This document shows, in pieces, positions 1 to 11,754 of a DNA stretch of 64,000 bases. The translations under genes and the position numbers were made by a program. Source of the DNA: Amoeboaphelidium protococcarum X5. Its lineage: Eukaryota > Fungi > Aphelidiomycota. Within the stretch, counting starts at the first letter, position 1. Each line of letters starts with the position of its first letter. Location: assembly GCA_023515725.1 (NCBI GenBank), contig JALDTO010000266.1, positions 2,108,762-2,172,761 of the forward strand. Direction: 5' to 3'. Below the pieces are notes generated by a model. That model had not been told where the DNA came from and made no database searches. It was given only the letters and a program-made list of their open reading frames with translations.

Positions 1-166
1 ATGAGCCTGTAATTACCTACATGCGAATACATAAGTCACATTATGAGGCTCAAAATGAAACTTACCAGGACGACGACAGCTCATACCGCCTAGCATTTCT
101 CAGACTGTCACAGGCCGTTACCAGAGACGGGAGTCCGCCAATGTGACTATAGAACTGGTAATCCAT
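1..166 (-). CDS. 5' part of an unidentified protein running off the window (candidate intron 17-65)
   Basis: ATG at 166 gives MDYQFYSHIGGLPSLVTACDSLRNARRYELSSSW; a GTAAG...TGTAG 49-nt intron keeps the frame open (WQLQAH). No family recognised. Confidence 0.4.
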
Positions 167-390
167 ACACAAGTGGTTGTCAATGAATGTTGTTGCCGTG
201 GTTGAGTTGTGCGAGGCGTCTCGCTTTTCGTCGATTTCGGTTGGCGGAAAGTGTTTCAACAACTAATCGTTTGCGAGAAAGGTTTCACCGTAATTTGAGT
301 GGAACGGAGAGGCGAGTGCGAAACGGTAAGGGCGGATGAAACAATGCAGTCTAACGTGGAATCGAACGGTATCATAAATGCAGTCGCTAG

Positions 391-1728
391 TCATTATTGC
401 AGCAGTTATTTGCTTATTTAGTAGATAGCCTGTTATACTGAGGCGTCCCCTGGCAGTGCTTTACGCAGCTTATTCAAAACTTGGAGATAATCTTTCGAAC
501 GCGCCATTTTCTGTAAACACTCAGCTGATTAGAATAAAGCCTCATAATCTAACGGATTTTATGAGCTTAGTGCCGCAAATAGATCATAAGCCTGACTGTA
601 TTACTAATTATCTTTGAGAAGCAACGCCAGATTATACATAGCAGGTTCGATGTGTTATTCCGCAGCTTCTTTGTACAATCTGAGCGCCAGTAAAGAATCG
701 CCTTCTCGCTAAGCTAATAGAGCTTCAAACATAATCTTATAATGAGATAATTGACCATATTTACGTGTCATTTCATCTTTCTCTTGAATATGATAGAATG
801 AAGCTAAAATTGTATAAGCTACGTCCTTTTGGATTTAAGTCAAACTATCGGAGTTATCACCTATTTGCTTAAAGTATTCTAATGAGGCATCTGTGAGTCC
901 ATCTAACGCATATAGCCATGCATCTAAAATGCGAATGTCATTTTCAAAAATTGCATACTAGCTCTATTACACCAACGTTAATATCCACTCCATGATATCA
1001 TCTTTGAGAGCTTGACACGAGAACTTGGTGAGCTTAACAGCATATCTGAGCTTATTTACCACATCATCAGAACTGCAAGAGCATTGTGGAGCTTTCAGAA
1101 GTGATTAAAAGCATTTCTAAACTATAATCTAATTTCCAAAGCCAAATTAGCATACCAGAAGATTAAAGCAATTCCCAAAATTAGAACTTGACTTGACAGC
1201 ACTATCAAAGTATTTGAGTGATAAAGTAAAAGATCCCTGTTTTAAATACACTTTCGCGATATTGGAAGCAATCTTTGATCTACATTTTATTCAGAAATTA
1301 ATATTAAAGAATGATGCATATAGAGCTTACTTAATATCAGAGTCTGCACCACTAATAGAATCATATGCCATTAGGTAGAACTTGAGCGATTCATCGTAAG
1401 ATTTCTGGAGGTACATGCATTCGGCCAGCGTGCATCTAATCCTTAGAATCTCGGATTTATGAACTTTACTCAGCTGATGCAATCTAGTAATAGCATTATC
1501 CATTTTATTCAAATCTCTCTCAAGACACGCCAAGTGGAATTCCACGCTGAAATTGATGTTCATGCCGTGATTCTATGTCAACAACTATTGCGCATGTAAG
1601 CCAGTCTTGTACGCTTCATGAATATTACCAGATTTAAAAAACTGTATACTGGATTTAAATGCTATATTTACTAAGTTTTATTAGAACTATAGTTGATCAG
1701 TATTGCTTTTAGAATCTTTCGAAGGCAT
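391..1728 (-). CDS. IFT88: Divergent, shortened intraflagellar transport protein 88 (TPR protein), 428 aa; intron 1280-1330
   Basis: With TAR=Gln the segments are colinear with IFT88: NFSVEFHLA (TYSVLFNLA), YDESLKFYLMAYD (YSKAIKFYRMALD), KIASNIA (KIMQNIG), CFNLLVCQFGFGN (GYNLTICYFAIGD), EWILTLVQQSQYAIFENDIRI (DWCVEVVKASQYVELANDLEI), LYKEA..AMYNLAL. The intron holds an in-frame TGA. Ends TAA TGA. Confidence 0.75.
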
Positions 1729-1916
1729 AATTTGGTGGTTTTAATTCCAAGTAAGTGCAATAGAAAGTTCAAACGCGCCGAGTTGAAAGAAATTTAGTAT
1801 AGATGCTGTTACTACTGAAAGCTACAGTTTGAAGACTTGGTATCCGCGAAACTAATTCAAAAGAGTTGAAATAAAAGATGGAAATCAATGAATAGTCGTT
1901 TAATATATTTCCAAGA

Positions 1917-4154
1917 TCAAGAACTCAACTTGACGCATCCATCACAGCCAGAGGTAAGAAGCCACGGTCTGAATGGATGAAATTCATTGTGGAGCACACC
2001 AACACCACCTTTAACTTTATGGACGTGAATCTTCTTGACAGGCACAATTTTCGGGTTCTCAATTAAACTTGTGAATACCATACCATGAAAGATTTGCACT
2101 GCACCGTCATCACCGCAAGAGGCAAAGAGTGGATGTCGCGGATGGAATGCAACATCTCGGACTGCGCGCTCATTATGAGGACGCAGGTTCTTGTATGGTG
2201 TCACAGAGAGATCCATGTCGAACCAACACACCTTTTTATCAAAAGTACCCACCAATAAATTATCGCCACCATTGTGAATGGATATCGATGAAATCCATTT
2301 AGTATTCGGATCGAGCTTCTTCTCCAATTCCTGACGCATCAAGTTGTATACACGAACTTATCTCTATGTTGCAACAAAAAGAATTGGCTTGATCGGATGG
2401 AACAGAACTTTCCAAATACTACCTGGAGACTTTGCCAGAGGTGTCTAACTACTTGCCTTTGACAGCTGATGGATATGCAGAGCACTTGCAGCCTCGGTTT
2501 TGCATAATGAGGCCAAGTAATCACCTTTCTTGTGCCAAGTCACCTGCTACACCAGATGACCATGTTCAATCTTAACACGCGCTCCCAGCTCATACAACTT
2601 TTAATCATCCACCGTGCACCACTTGACATGAGCGTGAGATTGAAAATTGTTCTCCTGGTTGAGAAGGGCATTACTTGCATCAGAGACAGGATCATTGATT
2701 AGCAGAGGATTAATGACATACACAGATTTTCCGCAAGCTACCGAAATAAGGCACAAGTTCTTATTAGGATTCCAAGCAACAAACGATATCGCATCCGCAA
2801 ATGGAAACGTTTTAATGCATCTTCCAGTAAGACATTCCCACACTTTGACAGTTTTATCATCACCGCCACTGACCATCCACTGGCCAGTAGGATCAACGGA
2901 GAACGTTCTAACTAATCCTTCAGCATGACCTTTGAACGAGAATGAAACTGCTTTCGGATAAGGTTCAAGATCACGAAGATTTGGCAACTCTGGCAGCATA
3001 GAATCTGGATCAATGACGCGCTTCCTTATAGCTCTTGGACATAAGTACAAGTCGAGACAGCGGCCAAATCTCTCATAAACCAGATTCTAATAACCACCAA
3101 CAGAACGCAGATTATCATGCTTCTTTGGAATAAAATCCATTCTGCGATCTTCAGGATCAGTCTCCAGCCATTCTTTGAGCTCCTACTCATCAAACAGATA
3201 CTCTTCAGGAGGATTATAAGATTCGGCGTGGGTAGGAAGCTTAACCTTCGGAGCTGGAATATGCATAGGACGATCTTTAAGATCCTCTTCGCGAACATCC
3301 TTCCAAATGTCGAAATTAATCGGCATATTCGCTTTCACCTTATCAGTAAGAGCCTTTTTATTAGGTACAATAAGTCCCTTTCTGATAGCTCTCACAATCT
3401 TCATCACAGTCTTATGCTCCCATTTGGAAGGCAAGAATCTCCGCTTAGGCTCAGGTGCACTCGAGAGAGGCATAACCTCCGAATGACGCGTAAAGAAGTC
3501 ATCTTGATCTGCATACGGATCCATCGATGCATCTGGAAAGTATCCATTCTACAATCTTGATATAATCTCCAACTCTTGCTCAGTAAGCTTGATATCTAAA
3601 TGATTCGATGCATCGTGAAAGGTGGCCAAGTGGTCAGGATCATCTAATTTAGACAGGAAATTATCAAGCTCATCTTTTGTTGCAGGCTTCAACACCTTCT
3701 TGCCATCGATGCTGTATCCAATGTGAGGATAATTTTCATACCATTCCACGGGAACGTTTCCAATAGTGATGTGTCCAGGAGGAACAGCAAAATCATCATC
3801 ATTCTCACTATCAGTTGGCGCCAGATATTTTTCTTGCAGAGCTTTACTATCCAAGTGCCCATTACGGGGCGCATTACTAATCTCAGCTCCAAGTAGATCA
3901 TCACTTTCATAATCATCCGAGTAGAGCGCGTCACTGTCTTACATGTTGTCCTCGGTACTAAACTCATCGCCGCTGCAATTACTCTAAATCTCGGTAAAGT
4001 CACCATCGTCAAAGCTATCAGAGTCGTCGCGCAGGGATACATCATTCATATCAAACTATTCCTCAACATCAGGCTTATCATCTTCAGGTAACTACCTCTT
4101 CTTCATCAAGCCACTACTGCGATTGATATCAGCTCTAATACCTTATTTGACCAT
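1917..4154 (-). CDS. ERB1: Ribosome biogenesis protein Erb1/BOP1 (BOP1NT + WD40), 745 aa
   Basis: IGNVPVEWYENYPHIGYSIDGKK, PEPKRRFLPSKWE, ESYNPPEEYL, CLDLYLCPR and a C-terminal WD40 domain. Four track ORFs lie in one frame, joined by TAA/TAG; TGA at 1917-1919. Confidence 0.97.
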
Positions 4155-4349
4155 TTTTCTCTATTTTCAGATTATGCTAAAATGAATTCTGATCGACAGA
4201 AACGCGCTATCTTTTTCGTTCGTTTTATCAACTGAAATATCACGAAAATGGACGACTAATAGACTGACACTGCACCGGGCGAATAAAAAGATGAAGGTCC
4301 AACACAATAAACTGTTGACTAAAATGAATAATAAACTGCTGAAACTTCT

Positions 4350-4706
4350 ATGACTACTGATTCTTGTGAACCGTGGAAGGTTGAACTGATAACTGTGAAG
4401 AAAAATGGAAATATCGAGAATGTTGTGAAATTGGTTCGAAATACACTAAAGAGAGAGAAGGTGGTGTATGTCAGTGCCACAGAGCACGTCTCTCACAAAG
4501 CAGTATCAATTTTGTAACGTATCAAAAAATGGCATCGTAGTAGTAAATTTGCAAAGACGGATGATTTAGAATCATTTATCCTGATTTCGCCTGCTTAGAT
4601 TCGTGTACTGCCTCAAGTCGAAGTCGATTAAATGGAACCATCACCTCAGTCTCTGCTCGGTGGTAATTCTCTATTAATGAGAATTGGGCTTACTGCAAAA
4701 GAATGA
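4350..4706 (+). CDS. Alba-fold protein, probable RNase P/MRP Rpp25/Pop6-like subunit, 118 aa
   Basis: ITVKKNGNIENVVKLVRNTLKREKVVYVSATEHVSHKAVSILQRIKK fits the Alba beta-alpha-beta-alpha pattern with the KAV motif; open from ATG to TGA with TAR=Gln. Confidence 0.6.
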
Positions 4707-4806
4707 AATTGATTATGATGTTAATATTTTGTGCATGTCAAGGCCTTGCCTATTTTTTCATTCTTATAATTTTACAAATCTTACAAGGTAGAGAATAGCA
4801 GCAATA

Positions 4807-5118
4807 ATGCTTCGATATAAACTCTAGAAATTACACGTGAGATACTCTATACAAAGATTCGCGACCAAATCTGAGGCTGACAGAATTCTATCAACGTATG
4901 GAGATAAGATCAAGCACAAGGCCAAGTCAGAGGGACTATCAGTGAATAATCTGATTCATAGGGAGGTACCGCGAGATGAGGTGATGAAGACGCGAAAGGT
5001 GGAGCAGGTTGTTAGTCAAGAACGCGCACAAGGTAAAGACAGCTGGCGGAAGCGATACGGTACAAGTGGAAAGAATTCAGTTTTCATATCAGTTCCGTGG
5101 CTCTAGAAGAAAGATTGA
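4807..5118 (+). CDS. Small basic protein with a mitochondrial-targeting-like N-terminus, 103 aa
   Basis: MLRYKLQKLHVRYSIQRFA presequence-like start; ILSTYGDKIKHKAKSEG weakly recalls the N-terminal helix of Atp11; ends WLQKKD-TGA. Confidence 0.55.
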
Positions 5119-5555
5119 TTGTTCATGATTGAACTCCAGTTTGTTTATGAATACAACAATTGTTATTTACTGTATACCTCTCACTGATCTACGTCGTGAT
5201 GATAGATATGTCATGATAAGAATTGCTTATTTATAAAGAGTCTAACATCTGATATAATATTTATTGACTAGTTTTTTACTATATAAGACTTTTAATTGAA
5301 TACTTTATGTCTAGAACCTTCCTCTTTCTTAAAATATTGTGTGTTCAGGGGTAATCACTGAGAGTGGGTAAGCTCACATTCTGAGGAGTCAATTGATTGA
5401 TTGAACGCTCATTGCAGAACAGTGATCGCTTCTTACATCGCCCCAAAATTCAGCTATAAATATATCGCGTATCTCATCAAAAGACCTTTACAATTATATC
5501 TTTGTAAATTTAATAGACAATTACGTAAGAAGAATTTGGAATAACGCGTTTAACC

Positions 5556-6293
5556 ATGTCATCAACTGAAGATTTGTCAACCGCGCAGGACTTGTAATAC
5601 CACACAGACACTTCTACCGCCCCAAATAATAGTGGCGCTAATGGTAAGAATGCCCATCTAAACACTTACAATAACAATTATCATAATGGTTATTATAAAT
5701 CCAATGTAGGTGATTCTTAATAACAAGGCAGTCAGTAGAATGAAGCATCTAAATTCATGGGCTAGAAGGAGCGTCGTAAGTCATCATCAGTGAAGATGTT
5801 TCTGGGTGATTATCTGTCACTGTCCACTAATCAGTCTATACTGAAGACTTTGGCCAAGTCTGGTGACTCGCAGATTGTGTTCAGCGATATTATCATCAAG
5901 ATCAACAAGAGAAATAAGATGTAGGAGAGAATCCTGCTGGTCACTGATTAGGCCATATACAACATTGAGCCTAGCACGTACAAGGTGAAGCGTAGAATCT
6001 CGTTGAAGGATTTGGGTGCGATCAGTATGAGCAAGCTGCCTGACAACTTCTTCTGTCTCCACGTGCCATCTGAGTATGATTATCTGTTGGTGAGTAACAA
6101 AAAGACGGAAATTGTGACCAAGCTGTGTGAGAGCTATGAAAAGTTAAAGGGGGATAAGGTGGTGGTGAACTTCAGCAACAGTTTTGATTACCGTATCGAC
6201 ACTGATGTGTACAGGGAGATCCTGTTCACTAACGTTGAGGGCGGAATCAGCACGTAGATATTCACCAAGAAGAAGAAGGACAGTAAAAAGTGA
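5556..6293 (+). CDS. Stand-alone myosin-I tail homology 1 (TH1, PH-like lipid-binding) protein, 245 aa
   Basis: KERRKSS..FLGDYL, IVFSDIIIKINKRNKMQERILLVTDQAIYNI, KRRISLKDLGAISMSKLPDNFFCLHVPSEYDYLL; low-complexity N/Q-rich N-terminus; no motor domain upstream. Confidence 0.85.
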
Positions 6294-6836
6294 AAGTGAA
6301 TTATGGTATAGTTAGTGAGTACACAGTAGTAAATAATACAGAGGGGAGTGTGTTTTTATGATTATATTTAGGATCTTACTTTTATTTGCAGCATGAGAGA
6401 GAATTACTAGTGTTGTATCTAGCAGCTGACTAATAAGTGATAAGCAAGCAACTAAAGTCTTCATCTGGTGATATCAGCAGACTATCTGCCGAGTACTGAC
6501 TCCACTTGGAAGATTCAATATCAGTACAGTTTTATGTTTGAACTTCTCAACACAGCATACAGTACTCCCATCCTCTATCAATTTGAGCATGACTTTGGTT
6601 ATCACTAGTCATACCCATGTCTGTGTAGGAATACCTAGACATATACTGGACTCACTAACAATGGTTGAGAATGATATTTTAATTCAATCCTGTGTAGGTG
6701 CTTTAGTTTATCCTTCTACGGTAGTTACATATTTCACACTCCATGTCGTTGTCTTTGTTTTTGTCGCGTTAGTGCGTTGCGCGCGCGAGTTCGTTCGTTC
6801 GTTTGTTCGTTTGTTTGTTTATTTGTTGTACTCGGC

Positions 6837-6895
6837 TATAAAATCCCATCCACTCCTCATTCTCTTTCTTCTCCTCTTCTCTCTTCATTTTATAG
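6837..6895 (+). promoter_or_regulatory. TATA-like box followed by a pyrimidine tract, preceded by CGCG and GTTC/GTTT repeats
   Basis: TATAAAA at about 6837 followed by a CT-rich run; the same layout occurs upstream of TPX2 (TATATAAA at about 48371). Confidence 0.4.
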
Positions 6896-6927
6896 TTATC
6901 GCATATTTAGGCATTGGCGACAGTGCT

Positions 6928-7108
6928 CCTGCATCGTGATGATGTCCTCGCTTTGGATAAAGCCCTGCATCGTGATGATGTCCTGCATCGTGATGATGTC
7001 CTCGCTTTGGATAAAGCCCTGCTCTGTGATAGAGTTCCTGCATCGTGATGATGTCCTGCATCGTGATGATGTCCTCGCTTTGGATAAAGCCCCGCATCGT
7101 GATGATGT
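6928..7108. repeat. Higher-order array of ten 18-19-nt units (A B A A B C A A B A')
   Basis: A=CCTGCATCGTGATGATGT, B=CCTCGCTTTGGATAAAGC, C=CCTGCTCTGTGATAGAGTT, read directly from the sequence. Confidence 0.95.
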
Positions 7109-7885
7109 ACCGGCCTCGGCGGTTCCCCCCTTTTATTAACCATTCTAACCTTTTCCAAGTGATGTACATACTTTATGAGGCTCAGTGCCTCCTCTTACAG
7201 TTATCGGGCAGACAGACTTTCCAATCCCGGTAGAGGCAGTCTGAAACAGTCCGTTTCACAGTTTCATGCGGCTGGCTGGTCGAGTCTTTACCTACTGCTT
7301 CATATATTGTGAAATCGACTTGAGCTTTACTCTTTACTTCTCACCTACAATCGTAGTGCTGCCTAATTTATAGCTTCAGTGTTAATGAAGTTGGATATCG
7401 TACGAGATAGGCTTCTGTTATGGAATAATGCTTTGGTGTGCAAGGATCCGATAGTGAATAAGAAGATATCTCTCTACAAAAGTGACTTGGTTATCTTATC
7501 TGAAGTTATGTGATGGTCTCCTCTGCTTACAAATTTGCCAACCTTAACACTTACGCTCCTTTAGAATTCTTCAAGTGCGTACCTCTAAACTCTCCAGTTC
7601 GTCCTTAGTGCCACATTCTGTGCAATGCATTATAATCATATTGAATCCTTTTGCTGCTGCTCTTAAAGGTTTATTTAAAAAATGTGGATTGAGACGGGCA
7701 CTGGTCCTTATGGTAAGTAGTGAGTGGATGCTATAAATGCTTTGCTCTCTTTACTGGCTAGTAATCAAGTTAAAAATTAAAAGATTTGGGCCAAGACTGA
7801 TGGTAAGTCCTTAGGCGAACCTGCTATTGCTCCTTTCAGTCATGTATATAGGTAGATCTCAGCAGTGCGATTTAGATTCTGAAGA
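7109..7885 (+). pseudogene. Degenerate ORF with in-frame TGAs and frameshifts; possible CCHC knuckle remnant near 7609-7654
   Basis: The frame continues from the repeats (HRDDVPASAVPPFYQPFQP...) with scattered TGAs; a frameshifted C-x2-C-x5-H-x4-C (C/TFCAMHYNHIESFC) is visible. Confidence 0.3.
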
Positions 7886-8113
7886 TGGATGTGCGCAACT
7901 ACAAACTAAATCCAGATGACCGTTTGCATACTGGAAGATTTGAAATGGTTTAGTCCCAAGTGGTTCTCTGCTTGTTATCCTTACGAGAGCAAAGCCTAGT
8001 CTTGGTAACTGGAATAGAGTGGAAATGGCGATATCTTCTGATTGAGATTGCGTAAAAATGGGTTGACGAGGATTAATCAGCAAGAATCTTATCTAAATCA
8101 AATCATATCCGAA

Positions 8114-9095
8114 ATGTCTGCAAAAAAGCATATCTGGACAGCGTAGTGGGAAGAGGACCTTGAGGCTGGTCTATGCAAATACCAAAACAGAGTAGACAAG
8201 TACGCAGCCATCCTCAAGGATGAAGAATTTAGAAGTCTGCTCCACCTTACTGGGACGCAGCTGAAAGACAAGGGAAGATATGTCCAATGATTAAAGAAGG
8301 CCGTCCTATGGAGGACATGGAAGGATGGATATTCGCAGTGGCTAGGGGTTCGGGCTTAATTTTGCATAAGGGTGACCATTAGTGAAATTAGGAATTAATT
8401 GCAGCCTTCTGCGAGAAGACGCAACGCTTCCTAGATGACGACAACTACTCTGCCTCTCCATCCTCTCCTCCAACACCACTCTAATAGCAGGCATCTGTGT
8501 AATCATCTTCAAGAACAATCCTGCCACCTTACTATCCGAACAAGTAAAATCAGCATCAAAGTCCGTAAAGTGCAACTACGCTGAGATTGTAGTTAATAAC
8601 TGCTGAAAATGTTACCGCCGAGTAAGAGTTCATGAAGTTTGCCGGCCTGTCCAGGATATAGTCTGTATTACAAAGTACATTCGAATATGCCAATGAAGAC
8701 GTCCTTTTTGATTGATTTGAAGCTCTGAGATTGAATTGGTTAGAGCACAGAATAGGAATTTCTATATGGACCAAAACTATGGTATATCAAGATTTTTAAA
8801 ATTAAGATATTCTTAATCTAATATCAAGAATGACCATCAAATGAGGCAGAAGGACGAAGAATACCTCCTATTGGATTTGATACAAGAGTACCAAATTTAT
8901 CGCAATGTGATTGTTATTAATTCAGATACTGAAACAGAAACAATAGATTTGACAATGTATAAAGATGAGTTTCTAGATGAACAAGAAATTGTACCAAGTG
9001 CGAGTCCTCTAGTTGAGAAGAGAAGGATTTTAGTCCTTTATCATCATAGGGGCGGAAGATTTCCTTTAATAAGTGTAGTGATTTTCACGGATTGA
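8114..9095 (+). pseudogene. Degenerate gene with an N-terminal telobox-type Myb domain
   Basis: 8114-8290 encodes HIWTAQWEEDLEAGLCKYQNRVDKYAAILKDEEFRSLLHLTGTQLKDKGRY (WT..E..L..G..KY, ILKD, LKDKxR). Downstream coding-like sequence continues through a frameshift and in-frame TGAs; the 3' limit is approximate. Confidence 0.55.
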
Positions 9096-9702
9096 ATGGT
9101 AAGATCATTGATAAGCCACTACCTGTCTAGTCCAAGATAAATTGCAGTCAACCCAAACAAGAGACAAGTACCAGGTTTGACCCGTCTAAAGAAGAGTCAA
9201 TTAGAAATCCCAAGAGACAATTTGTAATCAGAATTGTAATCTATGAAGAATTTGAAGCTTTGAGAATTATAGAGAGATATAGCTAGATTATGCGGGCAAT
9301 ACTATGTTTTTTTATCTTGTACACTAGTGTTGCTGACTTTATTTATCCAATCTCTATGAAATAGGCAAGCATATTAGAGAATCTTCTGACTTTCAATTAT
9401 GTACTGGCGCGTAAAGATCTAACTGCAAATTAGGCGTTCCACACGGGAGATCTGGTTATAGTGTCTGATGAGCTGTAGGAGTAGTTTAGTCTCTTATCGC
9501 GTAGAAGTATAGCTCAGATACTACGGTACTATTGGATTTCTGAGATGAGGACATAGTTCTATTCTCCTTGTCGTGGTCACGGTCGATCATAAGAAGGCAT
9601 ATCGTTAGCGTGATGATGTGAATTGTTTTAAAGTACTATTTAGCTATTAAATTTATGAAAAAGCCAAAATATGCGATATGATTTGTATAATTAATCATGA
9701 CT

Positions 9703-10454
9703 TCATCGTGTAACTTTGGTATACTGTCGTAGATAATCTTTAACAGAACTCTTGATCAGATCATCAGCGTGTGGATGCAGTTCAGACAGGTTCAATTTAC
9801 CATCACTAGACATAGACACGCGTGTAAAAGGAGACACTGTATAGTATGGTGGAATGCGACAAGCAGCATCGATAATAACGCAGTCTTTGACCACACAAAA
9901 CGGCCCCAGAACGCAATCACTACCCACGTATACATTATTCCCAATGATAGCAGCCTGTGACGTGGTGTTCTTGCCTATCCGAACATAATTACCGATTTTA
10001 CACGGATACGGAGTCATGGTTCCCTTAACTTCTCTCGATGGAGGCCTAACAACGACACCAGATTCCACGATATTGCAACTGCCCATCATTATAGAGTACT
10101 GAGAACCACTGCGCTTCAAGTCGCCACGTAGATGAGCCCCCTATTCAATTATGCATTAACTTTATATCACTATATTCTACGGCGCAACTATAGTAGACTG
10201 ACGCGATATTAAATTTCCAGAATCCTACACGTACATACTGCATATGCAGATGAAGAGTTATAACATCAATGATGTCGTCCGATTAAATTTACAGTTTTAA
10301 TAAAATCCTAAATGTTAAACTGATGGCAATTTAATTACAGTAAAAGTCCAGGTGGGAGAATGAGGGGATTATATTTTGAGATTTACTTTTATTGTTCAAA
10401 CTGCTGCTATTACAACTATTACTATTACTATTATCCAGAGATCATCATATTCAT
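9703..10454 (-). CDS. DCTN5: Dynactin subunit 5 (p25), left-handed beta-helix; intron 10225-10292
   Basis: Spliced DFIKT|DSGNLISRQSTIVAPQNIVI...LRGDL, VVRPP, IGNYVRIG, AAIIGNNVYVG. Exon 1 carries a polyQ run written mostly in TAA/TAG. Start could be any of the ATGs at 10454, 10448 or 10445. Confidence 0.9.
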
Positions 10455-11540
10455 TCACTGAGACGTGACAGCGGTCGACTTTCGCAGAGAAAACCCGACG
10501 CCTTTAAAGCTGTCGCTGTCTGGCTTGCTATCACCTCCTTCCTCTTTACCTTCATCCTTCCTGTACTCTTTGATAGGATATCCGAACCATAGCTTATTCT
10601 TGGGTAATCTGATAACAGTTGGCGCGTTGTTGTCACTGCCACCGCCACCTGTGGCAATTTTTGTAAAATCCACCACTTTGCCACCCGTGATTGCAGACGG
10701 TTTATCCAGCGACTTGCCATTCAATCTCTAACCTGCACCCTGAGTTCCTTCAAATGTCGTCCTTACAGTACCTGAAGATGAAGATGACGACTGTTATTAC
10801 TTTAAAGTGCGGCGATCAACTTTGTGCTCCTCAATCCCAATGCTATGCGCCGAGTGGAATGACATTTAACTATCCCTATTCTTGATAGCGCGACCCGCTG
10901 AGCCCATATTCTACTCAGAGGGATCAACATATCCGACGGGAGGTGCGAAATCCACACTCAAATCAGTCTCCACAATACTGATGGCACCGCTAGTATCTGG
11001 CTTGATTTCCAATAGTTTCAACTTGTACACCTTTTCATTATACAGAACACTGATAATATCGCCATTGGACAGGGTGGAGTAATTACGCAAAGCATTCTCT
11101 AGCACAGCCTTTGGATCAGTAATATCCAGAAAGTCAACTGACTGCGGCTCGATCTTGACAAAAGTTCCCAGCGGCAGAGTGACATTGGTGAGAGTGATCA
11201 GTGGTGTATCTCCTCGCTCCGTAGACAAGCCAAACTGGTCATAGATCCACTTGGGCAAGTACACTCGACCCTCCTCCGCGGTAAACTCCAAAACTCCCAC
11301 ATGAGTATGCAGCATCTGAGATGATGAGCCATCAGTAGGCGATTTCTTGATAAGCGACAATTTAAACAGCATTGGATACTCAATATGAAGTTGCGCCAGT
11401 TTCAACAGACAGCTGCTGGGCATCAAGATCTTGCCAGTGTGCTCCACAGCTTTCGCTCTACTCGCACCAACTCTAGATATCGGATAAGCTCTAAACTGCT
11501 CAATAAATAGGTTCGACTATGGTGCAAATGGGAAATTCAT
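10455..11540 (-). CDS. UFD1: Ubiquitin fusion degradation protein 1, 361 aa
   Basis: GKILMPSS, YPMLFKL, THVGVLEFTAEEG, DFLDITDPKAVLENALRNY, IVETDLSVDFAPPVGY, C-terminal FKGVGFSLR (SHP box). Confidence 0.97.
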
Positions 11541-11754
11541 ATTATCTTTTCAATGTTGATGATGTGCTCTTTGGAGAGTATTTCTCTTTCTTCTCTGTGA
11601 ATGTTTTGAAGAGCAAGAAAGGCTCAACTTACATCAAGCCACCATATAAGCTTTTTTCTACTTGTTAATAGAGATATATATCTTTTACATACATAATTTA
11701 TAAAATTGCTAGTCAGCGGTCTTTAATTAACTAAAATATATATTCATAATAGAA

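Noticed and set aside
5196-5252. Possible C/D snoRNA (GTGATGA...CTGA)
   Set aside because: Short, no terminal stem and no recognisable rRNA guide.
6928-7108. CRISPR array or tandem C/D snoRNAs (each A unit contains GTGATGA)
   Set aside because: No unique spacers, no cas genes, eukaryotic context, and no matching CTGA D boxes.
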